Positions 37,161 to 52,881 are shown, counted from the stretch's first letter. The stretch is 64,000 nucleotides of DNA from Octopus bimaculoides (GCF_001194135.2 NC_068995.1:55117601-55181600); one strand, 5' to 3'. Made by a program: numbers and translations. Notes: generated from the sequence alone by a model not told the origin.

Positions 37161-38735
37161 GCTTGTATATGTACATACCTAAATCTATACGTGTTTATAT
37201 AAGCATACGTGGGCACAGAATGTCATGAAACGTGTACAACAAAAAATACGAAGCAGGAGTACATGGAACATGAACAATTCTTTCGAACAACGAAAGACAC
37301 AAATGGGGGGGGGGAAACAACATAAAGGACAACCCTTCATCAGTTTTGTTGTTAAATGCTCGAAATACGAGACTAGAAAAAACAGCCACCGACTGATGGC
37401 AGGTCGTCCTTTGTGTTGTTTCTTTTGTTTTCCATTTGTGTCTTGCGTTGTTTGAAATAATAGTTCAATAGTCCATGTTCTATAAAGATCGTAAATTCAA
37501 CGCTGGTTCGTTTTGATCATAGTTCTGCTTCATGTGGTCAATACCGTGCATAACCCAGCGGAAAATGGAATTATTTGTTGTATAACGTACATTGCCTGAC
37601 ATTTAAAATCAAGTTAGATTATATAGGATAACACAAGTAGTGGAATTAATTATGCCTCGTCAACAAACGCGTCAGTGTCACCTAATGTCACCTCATCTTG
37701 AATACGAAATCTGATATTGATTGTATCGATGACGAGGTCCCTTTACTTCTGAGAACTACTTCATAGACTTCGACTATTGTCTCAAATACCAAGTGGGCAT
37801 TGACATGATAGGGAAGGGCATTTAAATTCCTTTTTCCACGAAATATATACGTGTGTGTGGTGGAGGGTGGATGGTTAATGTTACTGGAAAATTTATTAAT
37901 TGTTATAGGCTTTACGAATTTAAATCAATGTCTCATCAAATTGTCGGCAAATCGTTTTAGAGCGGACAGTGCACCACAGAGAAACTGTTTAGAACAATAA
38001 CTTTGACATTATTAAATTGAAAGCCTTATATTACTAAATTGAAAGCTGTACTTATTTAGGAACAAAAAATATAATGGGAATGTTCCAATAACAGGAACTT
38101 TGCAAATGTTTGTTGCTAATTATCGAAAACAAAAAATTAAAAAATAAATAGGTTTTCGACGTCTATAAATATAGTAGATAAAATCGATCTTCAGCCAACA
38201 AAAATGTGCGTATAGTAGCGACAACACACGCCTCAAAACCCACTTAAAATAATTCAATTAATATTGTATACCTTGTAGATCGATTATATGTAAACATTAT
38301 GACATATATTGCTGATTTTACTCACATTGGGTACATTTTCGAAAATAAGAGACAATAAAATAAACAGCTCTATACTACATAAAAAATAAGAACATCGTTT
38401 CATAGACATATAAAGCAATAATTCTTCCCAGGGGTACTTAAATATCCTACTAAACATCAATTTTTATTTCTAAAGTCCTTTCTCTAAGTGTCCTCGTTTC
38501 GTAAGAGTAAGTGTCACTGTGTGTTTTCCGTCCACCCATTGATGCTATGAAGCCAAATAAAATTTTAACAATTGAATTATGGAGTGATATAACCGAATCA
38601 GCAAGAAATTTATATAAGGAACATGAACTGGCGTCAGACACACTGGCTCGAGTTAAATGTTACATTTAGAAAAATAGTATGAACGGCTTTTGAATTTGAC
38701 ATATATCCTTATCAAGTAGATATTGTCTATGAATA

Positions 38736-38775
<40 letters not shown>

Positions 38776-39499
38776 NNNNNNNNNNNNNNNNNNNNNNNNN
38801 NNNNNNNNNNNNNNNNNNNNNNNNNNNNNNNNNNNNNNNNNNNNNNNNNNNNNNNNNNNNNNNNNNNNNNNNNNNNNNNNNNNNNNNNNNNNNNNNNNNN
38901 NNNNNNNNNNNNNNNNNNNNNNNNNNNNNNNNNNNNNNNNNNNNNNNNNNNNNNNNNNNNNNNNNNNNNNNNNNNNNNNNNNNNNNNNNNNNNNNNNNNN
39001 NNNNNNNNNNNNNNNNNNNNNNNNNNNNNNNNNNNNNNNNNNNNNNNNNNNNNNNTATATATATATATATATATGCATATATAAATACATAAACACACAC
39101 ATATATATACATACATATGCGAGTATTTTTGTGTATGCGTGTCCAGGGAGCAGAGAAGGGGAGACCGACATATAGAGTGGGAAAACTTAAGCATATAAAC
39201 ATATGTTCGTTTATTTGGCAGTATAATTATAAAGTAAATGTATACATAAATACGTACAACTACAGTGTATCTGCTACTGAATTTGAAATTGAAATTTTGT
39301 TTGTTTTTATTTCCAGCATTCATTGACAAAGGTTTCAGCATTAAAGTTAGAATTTATCTATTCATATTACTAGTATTAACCATATATTTTTTTAGCTTTC
39401 ATTAAAATAAAGGAAAATGGGTATGAAAAGGGCTGGTTGAACTAGCAGTGCATACTTGCAGATTGCTATGTTTAACGATGTTATTCTCAGAAATTTGAG

Positions 39500-39640
39500 G
39501 AAGGCGCATGACTCAGTGTTTAGAGCGCTGAGCTCACAATCATGAGACACTGATTTCGTTTTCCGTATCAGGTTGCGTGTTATGTTCATTCAGCTGTTGA
39601 AATGAGTTGCAAAGTCATTGGTGTCAAATACACGTTAGTC
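39500..39640 (+). mobile_element. tRNA-derived SINE head, degenerate
   Basis: ggcgcatgactcagtgtttagagcgctgagctcacaatcatgag resembles an A-box/tRNA-like 5' end. Confidence 0.45.
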
Positions 39641-40377
39641 TATCCTCTTCAATATCATCATTCCCATGATCATTTATTTACTCATTTCCCTTAACAGTTA
39701 CTCGGACTACAATCTCGTTTTTTAAGTTTTTAATTTCTTATTTTTATGTTTTTTTTTTCTTTAATATCATTTTATTTTTACCCTTTTACTCATAATTACA
39801 TTTCTTACAAGGTATCTAATATTTATAATTTTATGAATTTGCATTGCATTTAAAACTTTTTAAAAATATTTTTCGACATTTTTCAGTAATTTTTTCAATA
39901 GTTCTCTTTGAATTTTTTTTTTCAGCTTTCTTTCTTCTAGATTTTTTTTTTATGTTTCACTCAAAATATTTTATATTCTTCTCAATTCTCTAATTTGTGA
40001 TTCCTCGATTTACTTTTAATTTTGTGTGATTTTGTCAGTCACTATAACTACAATTGCCTGACATTTCTCAGTTACTTTTGAATTATTTACTATTCCCATT
40101 CCTCTAGATCAGCAGAAGGACTGCTAAGATTTCTCTTTCTATTTACTTTACTTGTCATGTCATAATCTTTATATTCATTTATCTATTTCTACTTTTAAAT
40201 GCAACCCTTACAACTTTAGTCCTTTCTCCACTCGTCTAAGTTCATTCATTTGCGTACTTGCCATTTTTTCCATTAATTTTCTCATTGAAGTTTTTTACCA
40301 TTCTAACAACAGCCAAGTCTACCTCATTGGACACTATCAAAACACATCATTCCATTATTTCTGTTGCTGTTGCTGTC

Positions 40378-40450
40378 CTCCTTCTTCTTCTTCTTCTTCT
40401 TCTTCTTCTTCTTCTTCTTCTTCTTCTTCTTCTTCTTCTTCTTCTTCCTT
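40378..40450. repeat. (CTT)n microsatellite
   Basis: Direct reading. Source of the poly-S/L/F ORFs. Confidence 0.95.
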
Positions 40451-41127
40451 CTCTTCCTCCCTCTTTCTTCTCCTCTTGCTTCCCTTTTCTATTTTTTCAT
40501 TTGTCCTTTTCTTTTCTCTCTTGCCGTATCTTCTTTTACTTTCGTTTCTTTTTCCCTTTACTCATCACTCTTTTGCCATCGTGCATCACCCTTGCGCCAT
40601 CGTGTAGGTATACTACACAGATGTGCCAAATGTATCATGTTTTCAGTCAAAACTTACCTGGAGACATTGTGTACCCACAGATGACACTTTGAGTTGCAAA
40701 GCATTAACTCAACCAAAATGCAAAAATGTATATAACAATAACAAATTACGTAAATTCAGTACAATAGCTGTTTGTGTGAATATGTCTGCATAAATGTGCG
40801 TGTGAATGTGTGTATAACTGTGTATGAGTGGGTAAGTGTGTGGGTATGTGTGTGTATAAACATGTATGTATAAAACATATTTGAAACAGATCTGTTGAAC
40901 ACTAAACTGTCATTACATATTTTTTCACATTAACTATATTTCACAATACTTCAGTATTCGTATAACAATTTCAAATTCTTCCTTTACTTCCTCTCTTCTT
41001 TGCAATCATTGTATGGGAAATAACCTATCACAACTTCCCACATCATTTAGAGATCCATCTTGCTGATTCAGAATCAATTTCTTTTTTTCTCATGAATTGA
41101 ATGGCTGGAATATTTGCAGCATCTTAC

Positions 41128-41163
41128 ATGTTATATAACTGCGTGACAAGAAACGTGATATCA
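41128..41163 (-). CDS. Candidate 36-nt phase 2-2 exon, DITFLVTQLYN(I/M)
   Basis: gcgatattcag|TGAT...TATAACAT|GTAAGA. Same length and a similar ending to the 29855 exon. The acceptor is only moderate. Confidence 0.3.
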
Positions 41164-41265
41164 CTGAATATCGCATGAATTGTATAAACAGTAAACATAA
41201 CAGTGCCAGACATTTTGAATAGTACTCCATACGTAGTAAATATTCGCCTAATTAAATATACATAC

Positions 41266-41304
<39 letters not shown>

Positions 41305-42530
41305 NNNNNNNNNNNNNNNNNNNNNNNNNNNNNNNNNNNNNNNNNNNNNNNNNNNNNNNNNNNNNNNNNNNNNNNNNNNNNNNNNNNNNNNNNNNNNNNN
41401 NNNNNNNNNNNNNNNNNNNNNNNNNNNNNNNNNNNNNNNNNNNNNNNNNNNNNNNNNNNNNNNNNNNNNNNNNNNNNNNNNNNNNNNNNNNNNNNNNNNN
41501 NNNNNNNNNNNNNNNNNNNNNNNNNNNNNNNNNNNNNNNNNNNNNNNNNNNNNNNNNNNNNNNNNNNNNNNNNNNNNNNNNNNNNNNNNNNNNNNNNNNN
41601 NNNNNNNNNNNNNNNNNNNNNNNNNNNNNNNNNNNNNNNNNNNNNNNNNNNNNNNNNNNNNNNNNNNNNNNNNNNNNNNNNNNNNNNNNNNNNNNNNNNN
41701 NNNNNNNNNNNNNNNNNNNNNNNNNNNNNNNNNNNNNNNNNNNNNNNNNNNNNNNNNNNNNNNNNNNNNNNNNNNNNNNNNNNNNNNNNNNNNNNNNNNN
41801 NNNNNNNNNNNNNNNNNNNNNNNNNNNNNNNNNNNNNNNNNNNNNNNNNNNNNNNNNNNNNNNNNNNNNNNNNNNNNNNNNNNNNNNNNNNNNNNTATAC
41901 TATATATATATATATATATATATACATATATATATCCGTTTATACACGTAATTACACATCTCTGAATATGTGTGTGTGTGTGTGTGTGTGTGCATGCGTG
42001 CGTGGTTGTGTGTGTCTGCGTCAGTGTACGTCTATGTATGTGTGAGTTCAATTGTGCATGTTAATGTATGTGTATATAAATTGATAAATATTCATACAAG
42101 TGTAAATATACGAATTCGGAATGGAATTATACTTATTCATGAACTAATAATCACACAGACGTTTCACAAGAGAAAGCATTCGTTACAATACTCCTGCAAG
42201 GATTTAAACAACTATATATAAGCCGTTAAATACATTGTCAAATTATAATAATTTAGCACATTTGCTTATATTTTAGACACTCTATCGTATATATTAATTT
42301 TTGTATTTGGTAAAACATTTTTTCACATTAGAATATTGAATATTCGAATAAATTTAGTGTAGACAAAATGATACATAAAGTTTATAACTTTTATCAAAGC
42401 TGACTGGTACAAGCTGGTTGACAAACGAAAGTAGAATTTATAATACCTGTGTATATTCGTATGTGTGCATCGTATGTATGTTTATGGGCAATCGAGTGCA
42501 CACAGACTCACACACACACATATATATATG

Positions 42531-42564
<34 letters not shown>

Positions 42565-42705
42565 ATGTTTCAACGTAAACCACAAGTCTTATGATATATA
42601 AACATCCAAGGCTTCCTGGTCGAAAATTAATATATTTCGCCTTTTTTTTTCAAACTGAGAACAAGACCATTTGCTTGTCGCTTCTTAAGAGACATNNNNN
42701 NNNNN

Positions 42706-42739
<34 letters not shown>

Positions 42740-43358
42740 AGTATATATAATGTTTCAACGTAAACCACAAGTCTTATGATATATAAACATCCAAGGCTTC
42801 CTGGTCGAAAATTAATATATTTCGCCTTTTTTTTTCAAACTGAGAACAAGACCATTTGCTTGTCGCTTCTTAAGAGACATCATTTTCCGTTTGTTGAGTG
42901 TCTTCATTGCTCACGTTCAACAGTGGCTACTGCGGGTGAGTCATTTACTATGCAAAAGTTTATCCTTTTATCGTAGGTTTTGTTTGTGTATTTGCCGTAT
43001 TGATAATAAAATTTATTGTGAAAGACAGATGTATTACAGTTTTCATGAATCTATACAATTGCGTGGTCAGGTTGTGTATGAACAGTTTAACAATTGCACA
43101 GCGTAAACTCATGTTCCGGAACTTTTCTACCTAAAGGAGCCCTGGTGTTGTTACTGTAAGTAAATTAATTAGTTAAATACTTTTTCTTTATAAAGGTTGG
43201 TTGCAGCTATATATTCTCTAATTGCGTATCATCCACAGAATATACAGTGTTTGTTTTTGATTTCCTCTATGTTGTCCCAAATAGTGATCATTAAACAATG
43301 TAAAGAACAGTAGTAAAATTTGAATAAGCACGGAGACTGTTAATGGATGCAATATCAA

Positions 43359-43504
<146 letters not shown>

Positions 43505-44301
43505 TATTGTAATTTGGCCTGTGTACTTTAATTAGTCGATAAAATCACCCATAAATGTTTAGTAAAGTGTGCGGCCACATTTTTAATTATTTCTTTGATG
43601 CTGTATTATACGACACATGACCATCGTCGAAAGATAATAGTTTTAGACGCAGTGAAGCAATTAATGCAGGGGAGAGAGTTATATTAAATTTCTAAACCTA
43701 AAGATGAAGCTATAGAGAGGAAATTCATTATGACCTTACATTGGTAGTGATGATGGTTTGGAAAGAAGAAAAAAAATTGTAATAGTGGAAAACATTGGTC
43801 GGTAAGGTCGTGCTTCTTAACGGTTTGTCTTGGCCTTAATGTCAGAAAATAGTGTGATGGAGAACCTAAATGCGTGGGAAAGGCCAGAAAACCTTGGTGG
43901 TACAGACACTATTCACTGATTTGCAGGAATCATACAACCATTCTACACGTCTGTTCAGTTCCAAGGTTTTTACTTGTGACGCTATTGCTTTACACACCAA
44001 GGTATATGTCATCTTTACTATAGACTACCTTTTGACTTCATCATTTACTCATTTCGAACACTTCCTGATGTCCTGCTATACATGTTTTGCGTGAATTGGC
44101 ATTTCTCTTTTATATGTTATATTCGTATATAAATTTAACGAATAAATGTGATAAAAGATGACTACACGTTTATCTTTTTAATTCCGGCACAAATATAGAA
44201 AGACATATAGATTCATAAATTGCTAACAAGAACTACTGAGAGATTCCCAAGGTCGAGTACACAGAGGTATATGCGCAAATGTATAAGCAGGGAAACAAAG
44301 A

Positions 44302-44349
<48 letters not shown>

Positions 44350-44630
44350 CGTGTGTTTGCCGCGGACGCGTAAACTGAGAGGAGAGGGAGAAAGGAGAGA
44401 GAGAGAAAAGAAATTGAATGGAGATGTGATTGAGCTTCCTTGCGGCTACGTAGGTGGAAGAAAGAGAATAAAAGGATAGCGTAGGCTAACAATACATATA
44501 TCCGTACGAGCGGCAACGGATTAATTTATCTCCCCTTCTTACTCATGTATCTATCTATTTATATCTCATTAATCTCATTATATATGGGTGTATGTATATA
44601 TATATATATATATATACAGAGAGAGAGCGG

Positions 44631-44664
<34 letters not shown>

Positions 44665-45382
44665 TAGAGAGAGAGAACGAGATAAGATGAAAAACACAGA
44701 TGCTTTTTCATCTTACCTCTTTTTCATTTTGTCTCTTTCTCATATATATACTGTTATGTCTGGGGAGAGTCATTCTCTTTTAGTGCCTTATAATTTTGAC
44801 ATGAGCCAAATAAGTACTCCAGGTAGAGTGAAAAAATCTTTTTTTAACAAAAGCATATATTATATACCCGACTATTACATTCATGCGATGAACACAAGGC
44901 AGGCAGTATTTCTTAACACGTCTAGTTTCAAACCACGACCATCAGGCGCTACGCATGTGGAATAGCAAGCTATAAATTGGACGAAAGTATGAGAGTAAAA
45001 CCGAGAGAAGGCGAGAATGATTTATATAAAAAGTGTGAATGGTTAGGTTTTTCAACCTCCCACCTTTTATATCTACTACGTTTTCGCCTTCTCTAGCTTG
45101 TTCTCTCATCGTATCGTCCGATTTTGCCATGTCATAGGATTTGGGTAGTTCCTGAAGATTTTGTTAAGACACCAGGCGCGTTACAAAAAAAAAAAGAAAC
45201 TGTCAGGCATGCTTTCATCGCCTGAACTAAGAATGGCACATAAAAACATATATATGTGCTTATTAGATAATATATAAGTGCGTGTGAGTGTGCGCGTTGT
45301 GTGCGGTGTGTGTGTGTACAGGCATAGAAATGCATTTTCATATATACACATATGTAAAACACTGGAAATGTGAAAAACCTTG

Positions 45383-45418
<36 letters not shown>

Positions 45419-45644
45419 NNNNNNNNNNNNNNNNNNNNNNNNNNNNNNNNNNNNNNNNNNNNNNNNNNNNNNNNNNNNNNNNNNNNNNNNNNNNNNNNNN
45501 NNNNNNNNNNNNNNNNNNNNNNNNNNNNNNNNNNNNNNNNNNNNNNNNNNNNNNNNNNNNNNNNNNNNNNNNNNNNNNNNNNNNNNNNNNNNNNNNNNNN
45601 NNNNNNNNNNNNNNNNNNNNNNNNNNNNNNNNNNNNNNNNNNNN

Positions 45645-45690
<46 letters not shown>

Positions 45691-46454
45691 TGTTCGCGTC
45701 CGTGGAGAGATAGGTAAGTAAACATTTTAATCGTATGCAGAATCATTTGAGAGATGCCTACAGCTTCAGGCATGTATACTCGCACACACACGCACATACA
45801 GATATACAAACATTCACAGATGCACATACGTACACACAGGCACACTCACACGCAAACACACACACACCCGACTGCACATACATCTGTGTCTGTGTGTAAG
45901 TACTTGTATATAAATCTATATGCTTTAATGTTACACATGCATGCAGCCATACACATACACACACATCCATATAAACACACACTCAGCCACATTCACACAG
46001 AATCAGAAAATACGCTCAAAACACATACTTGCACTCATATATAATCATATACACAATAACAAAGCCCAGGAAACAAGAAAGGAATTGATAATATCAAATT
46101 TGAAGGACAATTATATATTTATATTAAGAAAGCGAGAGAAGCTTCTCAAATGTTCCCGAAGGATCGCCAGCAGATATTCTTAATTCCTGAAAAGATTATA
46201 GAAATCACTGCAAATGTCGTGTCAAATTTTCGAATGGTTTGAAATACATTTTCTACCTACGGCATGAATGATATTTAAAACACGCTAAATACAAATCTTA
46301 TTTTAAATATCCTTCGGTTACCGAACGCAACTATTGTCAAAAGCATATTATTTCTAGAAGAACAGAAGCAACAAACTTACGAATAATTTTCTTTTAATAC
46401 TTAACCAGTTTATACGGTACTTTCATAATATTGCTGGGACTTCAAATTCATTGG

Positions 46455-46600
46455 ACAAGGGAATGATTGCAGGTCACCAGTGTCGGACCTGCAGTGTTGC
46501 CTTCCGCGCACGATTCGGACTGGTCGATCATAGCCGGACACACCGTGTCCCGTCTTCTTCTCTGCTGTGATATTCTTGGTCATCGTTACCACAACATATG
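46455..46600 (+). mobile_element. RTE-type LINE 3' end with C-terminal C2H2-like finger
   Basis: GHQCRTCSVAFRARFGLVDHSRTH matches the CxxCxxxFRARIGLxSHxRTH ending of RTE-like ORF2. Confidence 0.7.
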
Positions 46601-48789
46601 AATTGGTTATTGGAAATCAATTTTAAAAATAACAACAGGACAATAGTATGTCTGCTTGATAGGACATGAAGTATAGCCGTATATAAAACAGAAACTATTG
46701 GAATGTTCTTAGCCATGCCAAATTCTAATAATAATAATAATAGTCATGCCAAACTCTATCATATCGTATAACAGGAAACGTATTAAAAATTTACTTGAAA
46801 GAGTTTTAAGTGCTACTATAGTATCCTAAAATTCGTATAAAATATTGATATTAAATCCGTACAATACTATTAATTATACTGTGTTTTTGCATATTCAAAC
46901 TGTTACTTTTCTATTGCCGAAACAATAACCAATAGCAAAGGATCTATAGTTAATATATCAACTTTAACCAACAGGCTGTAAGATATTGTAAAACGATACC
47001 CTTCTGAATTCTTCTGGAATTTTGAACCGCAGAACTAATACGACATGCCATGGAAATATAAGACCATTTCCTGCTTTTCAAATTGCTAAATTCATCGTTA
47101 ATGCATTCAAGAGAATCTAAAGCTTCTTATTTCCTTTATGGTCTTACAGAGCAACGCATGATATTTACGTGTTCATGTAAACAGGGTTAGCAAAGGTTTT
47201 TGACGTATCTCCAGTCCAGCTGTAAAAGAATAAATGGCATTCACAATATGTGCATGTTAGTAAACATAATTGCGATCTAAATTCTTTACAACAACATTTC
47301 CATTTGGAGATTTAATTCATCTTTATCAGTGACCCATTGCTCAGTCGCTGAGTGTTAAGAAACTATAGTTATATATATTTCCTAATATCTTCTATTGAGG
47401 ATATTCCTTAATTCTTCCTTTCTGAGAGGGCATAGTCGACTTATATGAAAATGTTTGGTCTATCACCTACGTACCATGTGCAAAGTTATTTGAGAATCTT
47501 TATGCAATATTTCTTAATTCCTTCTGTAGTCTAACAACTTTGCAATTGTTTGACTTGTAAATTGCATGCTCTAAAGTGATACCACATTTTTTGCCTGTTC
47601 AGTATATATATATATATATATATATATGCACTTATGATTGCGTACTCGTGTGTACTTCGAGTATTTATACTGAAAATTATTTTACGCGTATATTACATTC
47701 TAACATCGTAATAAATCATGTGCTAGGTGCATAATAGCACATTTTACAAAAGTACCTTAAATAAATTACGCATTTGTATTTTTTTTCATCTCATCTTTAA
47801 TTATTGATAATCAAATAACTTTTTGTTTTATGAATTATTATTAATTTCCCTGTTTTAATTGTTGATGTAATATATAAATACAATTATAATTGAGTCTGGC
47901 TAAAGAAGCCTTTATGAGATGAAATGCAATTGTTTAAAGTATGATATAACAAATCAAGAAAAATTAATGTGTACCCTTTGTTCATGTCGTTCGACTAACA
48001 TTATTCCTGTTGAACGAAAATAAATATAGATGGTTTCATGATTAAAACAGTACCAATGTTATTGATTAGTAATATTTACCAGAGTTCTTCACGTTAACAA
48101 GTATACAATTACTTAATTAAGTATCCCATAAGCCACATATATGCATCAACGCCTAATTGAAAACAACAATGCCATTTACTCGGTCTTAAAATTGCGCATT
48201 CTACAATTCTGAACATCAAGATGCGGTACTAATTAAAATTAGATTAGTCAATTATCAGAAATATGAAACCTTCGCACACAAAGTGAATTACGTATGAAGC
48301 ATTCTCTGTCAGACAGAAAAATTAAACATTATGTCGAGAACAGTTAAGAATTAACGAGAGAAACACATTTAAACGAAAGATCAGAATGGACATATGTTCT
48401 ATGATAGCAGCACACGACCTCCCTCACCGCAGACGCCATAAGAAAGAGAGCCGTCTTCCACCTTTCGTTCACCGAAGGTTATCCTTCCAGGAAAGTAATT
48501 TAATATTACTAACCCTTTCACTCCAGCGGTATCATTCTTTGTGTGTTTCTTGTTCCACACCTATTTGTACTGATTGCCTTTCATATTCTATTTTTCACTT
48601 ACCTGTCATGCCAGTTCAAATTGAAATTCAGGAAGTAATAAAGCATGACGAATTATAGTAGGGTGGAGTGTTATTAAATATGTACCTGCTAATACGAGAC
48701 TCTATAAATATTTTAAACATAGAAAATATTTATGAGTGTATTAAAGCTTTTGTCTCCGATTACACACGCACACACACATATAATATACA

Positions 48790-48917
48790 AGAGGCTCGTG
48801 GAGCTTTAAGTCTTTTCAGTCAATAAACACTCACAACGCCCAGTCTGGGAAACCAGCAAAGCGCGATACTACGAACGCAAGACCGCTGTCCTAACCACTA
48901 GGTCATCGCGCCTCCAC

Positions 48918-48918
<1 letters not shown>
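48790..48918 (-). mobile_element. SINE, same family as 36680-36800
   Basis: ctcgtggagcttta...caataaacactcacaacgcc..gtctggga is shared with 36741-36797. Confidence 0.7.
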
Positions 48919-48948
<30 letters not shown>

Positions 48949-49317
48949 TTGCATGTATATGTATATATATNNNNNNNNNNNNNNNNNNNNNNNNNNNNNN
49001 NNNNNNNNNNNNNNNNNNNNNNNNNNNNNNNNNNNNNNNNNNNNNNNNNNNNNNNNNNNNNNNNNNNNNNNNNNNNNNNNNNNNNNNNNNNNNNNNNNNN
49101 NNNNNNNNNNNNNNNNNNNNNNNNNNNNNNNNNNNNNNNNNNNNNNNNNNNNNNNNNNNNNNNNNNNNNNNNNNNNNNNNNNNNNNNNNNNNNNNNNNNN
49201 NNNNNNNNNNNNNNNNNNNNNNNNNNNNNNNNNNNNNNNNNNNNNNNNNNNNNNNNNNNNNNNNNNNNNNNNNNNNNNNNNNNNNNNNNNNNNNNNNNNN
49301 NNNNNNNNNNNNNNNNN

Positions 49318-49373
<56 letters not shown>

Positions 49374-49374
49374 A

Positions 49375-49530
49375 ATTTTTGTGTCTGCTTTCATCCCCCC
49401 ACGACCGCTTCTGAACTGGTGTTGGTGTGTTTACGTCTCCCTTACATAGAGCTTCAGCTTTAAGATGCTGATGGAATAAAGACCAGGTTTCAAAAGAAAA
49501 TGAATCCTGGAGTCGATTCATTCAAATAAA
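49375..49530 (+). mobile_element. SINE family 2, 3' part
   Basis: ccccccacgaccgctt...ggtgttggtgtgtttacgtc...gaataaagaccagg...ctggagtcgattcattc. Confidence 0.6.
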
Positions 49531-49559
49531 AAGTGTGTATGCGTTTATGTTAGTAGATC

Positions 49560-49880
49560 GATATGCATAGACGAAGTGACATATACAATAAGTAAATAAA
49601 TCTCAGCAAAACTTGAAACTCAGAGTCGTAGTTAAGTGAATTTATTGCAGCACATTATTGCATAGGTGCACATGACAATTGTATATATGCATGTGTTTGC
49701 GTCTGTCTGTTCGTACGCGTATGTTAGTATGTGTGCGCGCGTATGTATGTGTATGCATTTATGATAGTAGATAGATATGCACTGGTGAAGTGGCATATAT
49801 AAGTAAATAAATTTCAGTAAAACTTGAAACGCATGGTGTTAGAGAATTGAATCTATGCAGCACGTTATTGCATAGTTCTG
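49560..49880. repeat. Diverged direct repeat
   Basis: aagtaaataaat.tcag.aaaacttgaaac...tgcagcac.ttattgcatag at about 49590 and 49800. Confidence 0.7.
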
Positions 49881-50994
49881 TATGTTGGAAGTAGTCACGA
49901 ACATCAAGTTATATTCTTTCTCCATGGTTTATTGTAGTATTGTTTTTTTATTTTAAATTTCAATTTTTAGGTTTTCGAATATTGCACCAATTATAAACAA
50001 CAGAAAATTTGCTGTTATTAATTTGTTTTCGAACTGGATATCTGACGTGAGAGCTGCTTATAAAATTCCAATCATTGTCATTATTGATTCTCTTGATCTT
50101 ACATCTTTTACGGGTGTATCTAAGAATTTTCACTTTCAGGCAAATGAATTTGTTAAAAAAAAAATAACGAATGATAAAATACTTTATTACATAGGATATC
50201 TCGTTCTTAAATTTACATCGATTAAAATTTTAAGAAAAAAATGGCATTTAATTGACTTTAAGTGAAGTGAAATTGATTTTATACATAAATGAAACAAAAT
50301 TAAATATCAAAGAGAAAAACAGATAACAAACATCTTTGCGGTGAATCATTTCGATTGTTATCTGACATTAATTTTATCAGTTTGAAGTGTTTAAAAGAAC
50401 GGAAAAAAGCCAAACGCATTAGCATCATATGATGAGAAATACAAACCAAAATAAAAATACATGGACACATGGGAATACATAAAAGTCGAAAAAAATTAGG
50501 TTTCAACATAATGTTCTCATTAAAACAACATAGAATAATGAAAAAACATGAAGTGGCACTAAATGAAGTGAGTGCTTCGCTTCACTTACACACTTATAAG
50601 AGTGAGCAAGCAGTTCAATATAAACAGCATTATGCAGTTTCATATAGTGGTATATACACATGTTCACTTTAAAGTTATATACGTATATGTGTGTGTGTGC
50701 GTATTTGTATATATGTGAATACGTGTATACACACACACATATATATATGTATATACATATATACCTGCATGCATATATATATATATATATATATACAGAG
50801 ACATGCAGGTAAAGAAAATGACAAGAAGGGGGCAAAAAATGAAGACCTATAAATGAATATACATGAGTTTACGAAATTTATTTGAACACTTTAAGTAGTA
50901 ACCATATTAACAGCTTCTATATATATAAGCGAAATTGCTTTAATGCATGTTGTAGTTGTTATTATCATTATCATTGATATTCTTATTATTATTG

Positions 50995-51175
50995 CTAAGT
51001 TGGGTGATCTGGCAGAAGAGTTAGCACGCTGGGAAAAATGCTTATTGGCATTTCGGCCGTCCACACGTTCTGAGTTCCATTCCCGGCGAGGCAGACTTTG
51101 CTTTTCATCCTTTCGGAGTCGATAGAATTAGTACCAGTCAAATACGGGGGTCAATTTAATCGACTGTTCACTTTC
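50995..51175 (+). mobile_element. SINE family 1
   Basis: ctggcagaagagttagcacgctggg...cagactttgcttttcatcctttcggagtcgata. Confidence 0.8.
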
Positions 51176-51954
51176 CACTAAATTTAAGACCAAATCGCAG
51201 CTTCTCTTGTGTTTAAATGTAGACTACTTTATACATCCACATATATAGATGTAAATATATATACATATATATACATTAAGGCAATGACTTAAAACGTTTG
51301 CCTTGCCTTAATGTTTGACGTCCTGTTTAACAATTATATATATGCTGCATCGGAAATCTGCAATGTCTCCATAACTACCGTATTGGCTATAACCTTGGAG
51401 CCCCAGTAATCACTTACAGCATTTACCTAGCGTAGCTAATCGTTTAAATCACCTGTGAACTAAACCCCCATAGTTTGTATGAGGGTTTATATATATTCAT
51501 ACACAGACACAGATGCACACATACACATATATAGTAGAATGTATACAAGGAAGAAAAATGCATAACATATTTCTTTTATGAGATAAAATACAGATTCAAA
51601 CGTAATAAACTATAAGGAAGTAAATAATGAAATTATTACTTTCAGTTAATACTTTCAATATCTTCTTAGTCATGATTAGCAAAAGTGACACCGGTTGACT
51701 ATGTAAATGTTTGTTGTCATAAAACATACATTCATTCCGTGCATTAACTTTTTCTCCTATATTTTTCATCGCATCGCACCACATATGAGAAAAGTCTGGC
51801 CAACGAAGCATTTTCACATATATACATGTATATATATGTATGCATATATGTATATATATATATATATATATACATAAGTATATGTATATACATACACACA
51901 CATCCATTCATATATATACATATATATATATATATATGTATGTATTTTTTTGCC

Positions 51955-52150
51955 TTCCCCCCACCGCTTCGCTTGGTAACCTATGTTGGTATGTTGACGT
52001 CCCCGCAACTTAGCAGTTCGGCAAAAGAGACCGATAGAATAAGTACGAGGCTTACAAAGAATAAGTCCTGGGGTCGATTCGTTCGACAAAAGGTTCTGCT
52101 CCAGCATGGCCGCAGTCAAATGACTGAAACGAGTAACAGAATAAAAGAAT
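51955..52150 (+). mobile_element. SINE family 2, 3' part
   Basis: gtccccgcaacttagcagttcggcaaaagagaccgatagaataagtac...ccagcatggccgcagtcaaatgactgaaac. Confidence 0.8.
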
Positions 52151-52881
52151 ATATATATATACAACGCTATTGCTCTAGAGAAATACACTGCTGATTAATA
52201 ACATTCTTGTATCAAATAAGAAGAAATAATACTAAATAATAAATGTTTTTGCTTCATTCATTTCAGGACGAGGTAATACATCAATATTATATCCTTAATA
52301 AAAGCATGAAGAGATAGCAGCTTGTTTTATAAAAGTTAGATGAGCACACATCATTACAATAGAAACGACCAAACAAAAACGCATGATAACTAAATCAGAT
52401 AAATCTCTTTTGTGGGAATATTTCCTTCATAAATGAGCCCATATTGGTGTAGTACAAAACGAACACGAAAATAAATACATAAAAGAAGCTTTCATTTCCT
52501 TGTACAAGCAGCTCGCGGCAATATTCATATTACCTATAAGAGTTACTATCAAATACTAGTCTTTAGACGCGTATACTTTTTCTTTTGAGTATTTTCTTTT
52601 GAAAATATGTAGGATTAAGAATAGATCAGTAGAAAAAATAAAAACATTTTGATCGGAAATGTTTTCTAGATCCTGCTTCGAAATTAAACCTTGAGCGAAA
52701 TGTTAGCTTTAAAGATATGTGTGTATGGGTGTGTATGAGTGTGTGTGTGTATGTGTGCGTGTGTGTTTGTGTGTCTTTATGTGTATAAACATATATGTAT
52801 ACACACATACATATATATTCATACGTGTATATATATAGACACACTTTCATATATACATATATATATATTTATGTATACATA

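Noticed and set aside
42560-42880. Near-identical ~130-bp duplication on both sides of a small N gap
   Set aside because: Typical unmerged contig-end overlap, so an assembly artefact.
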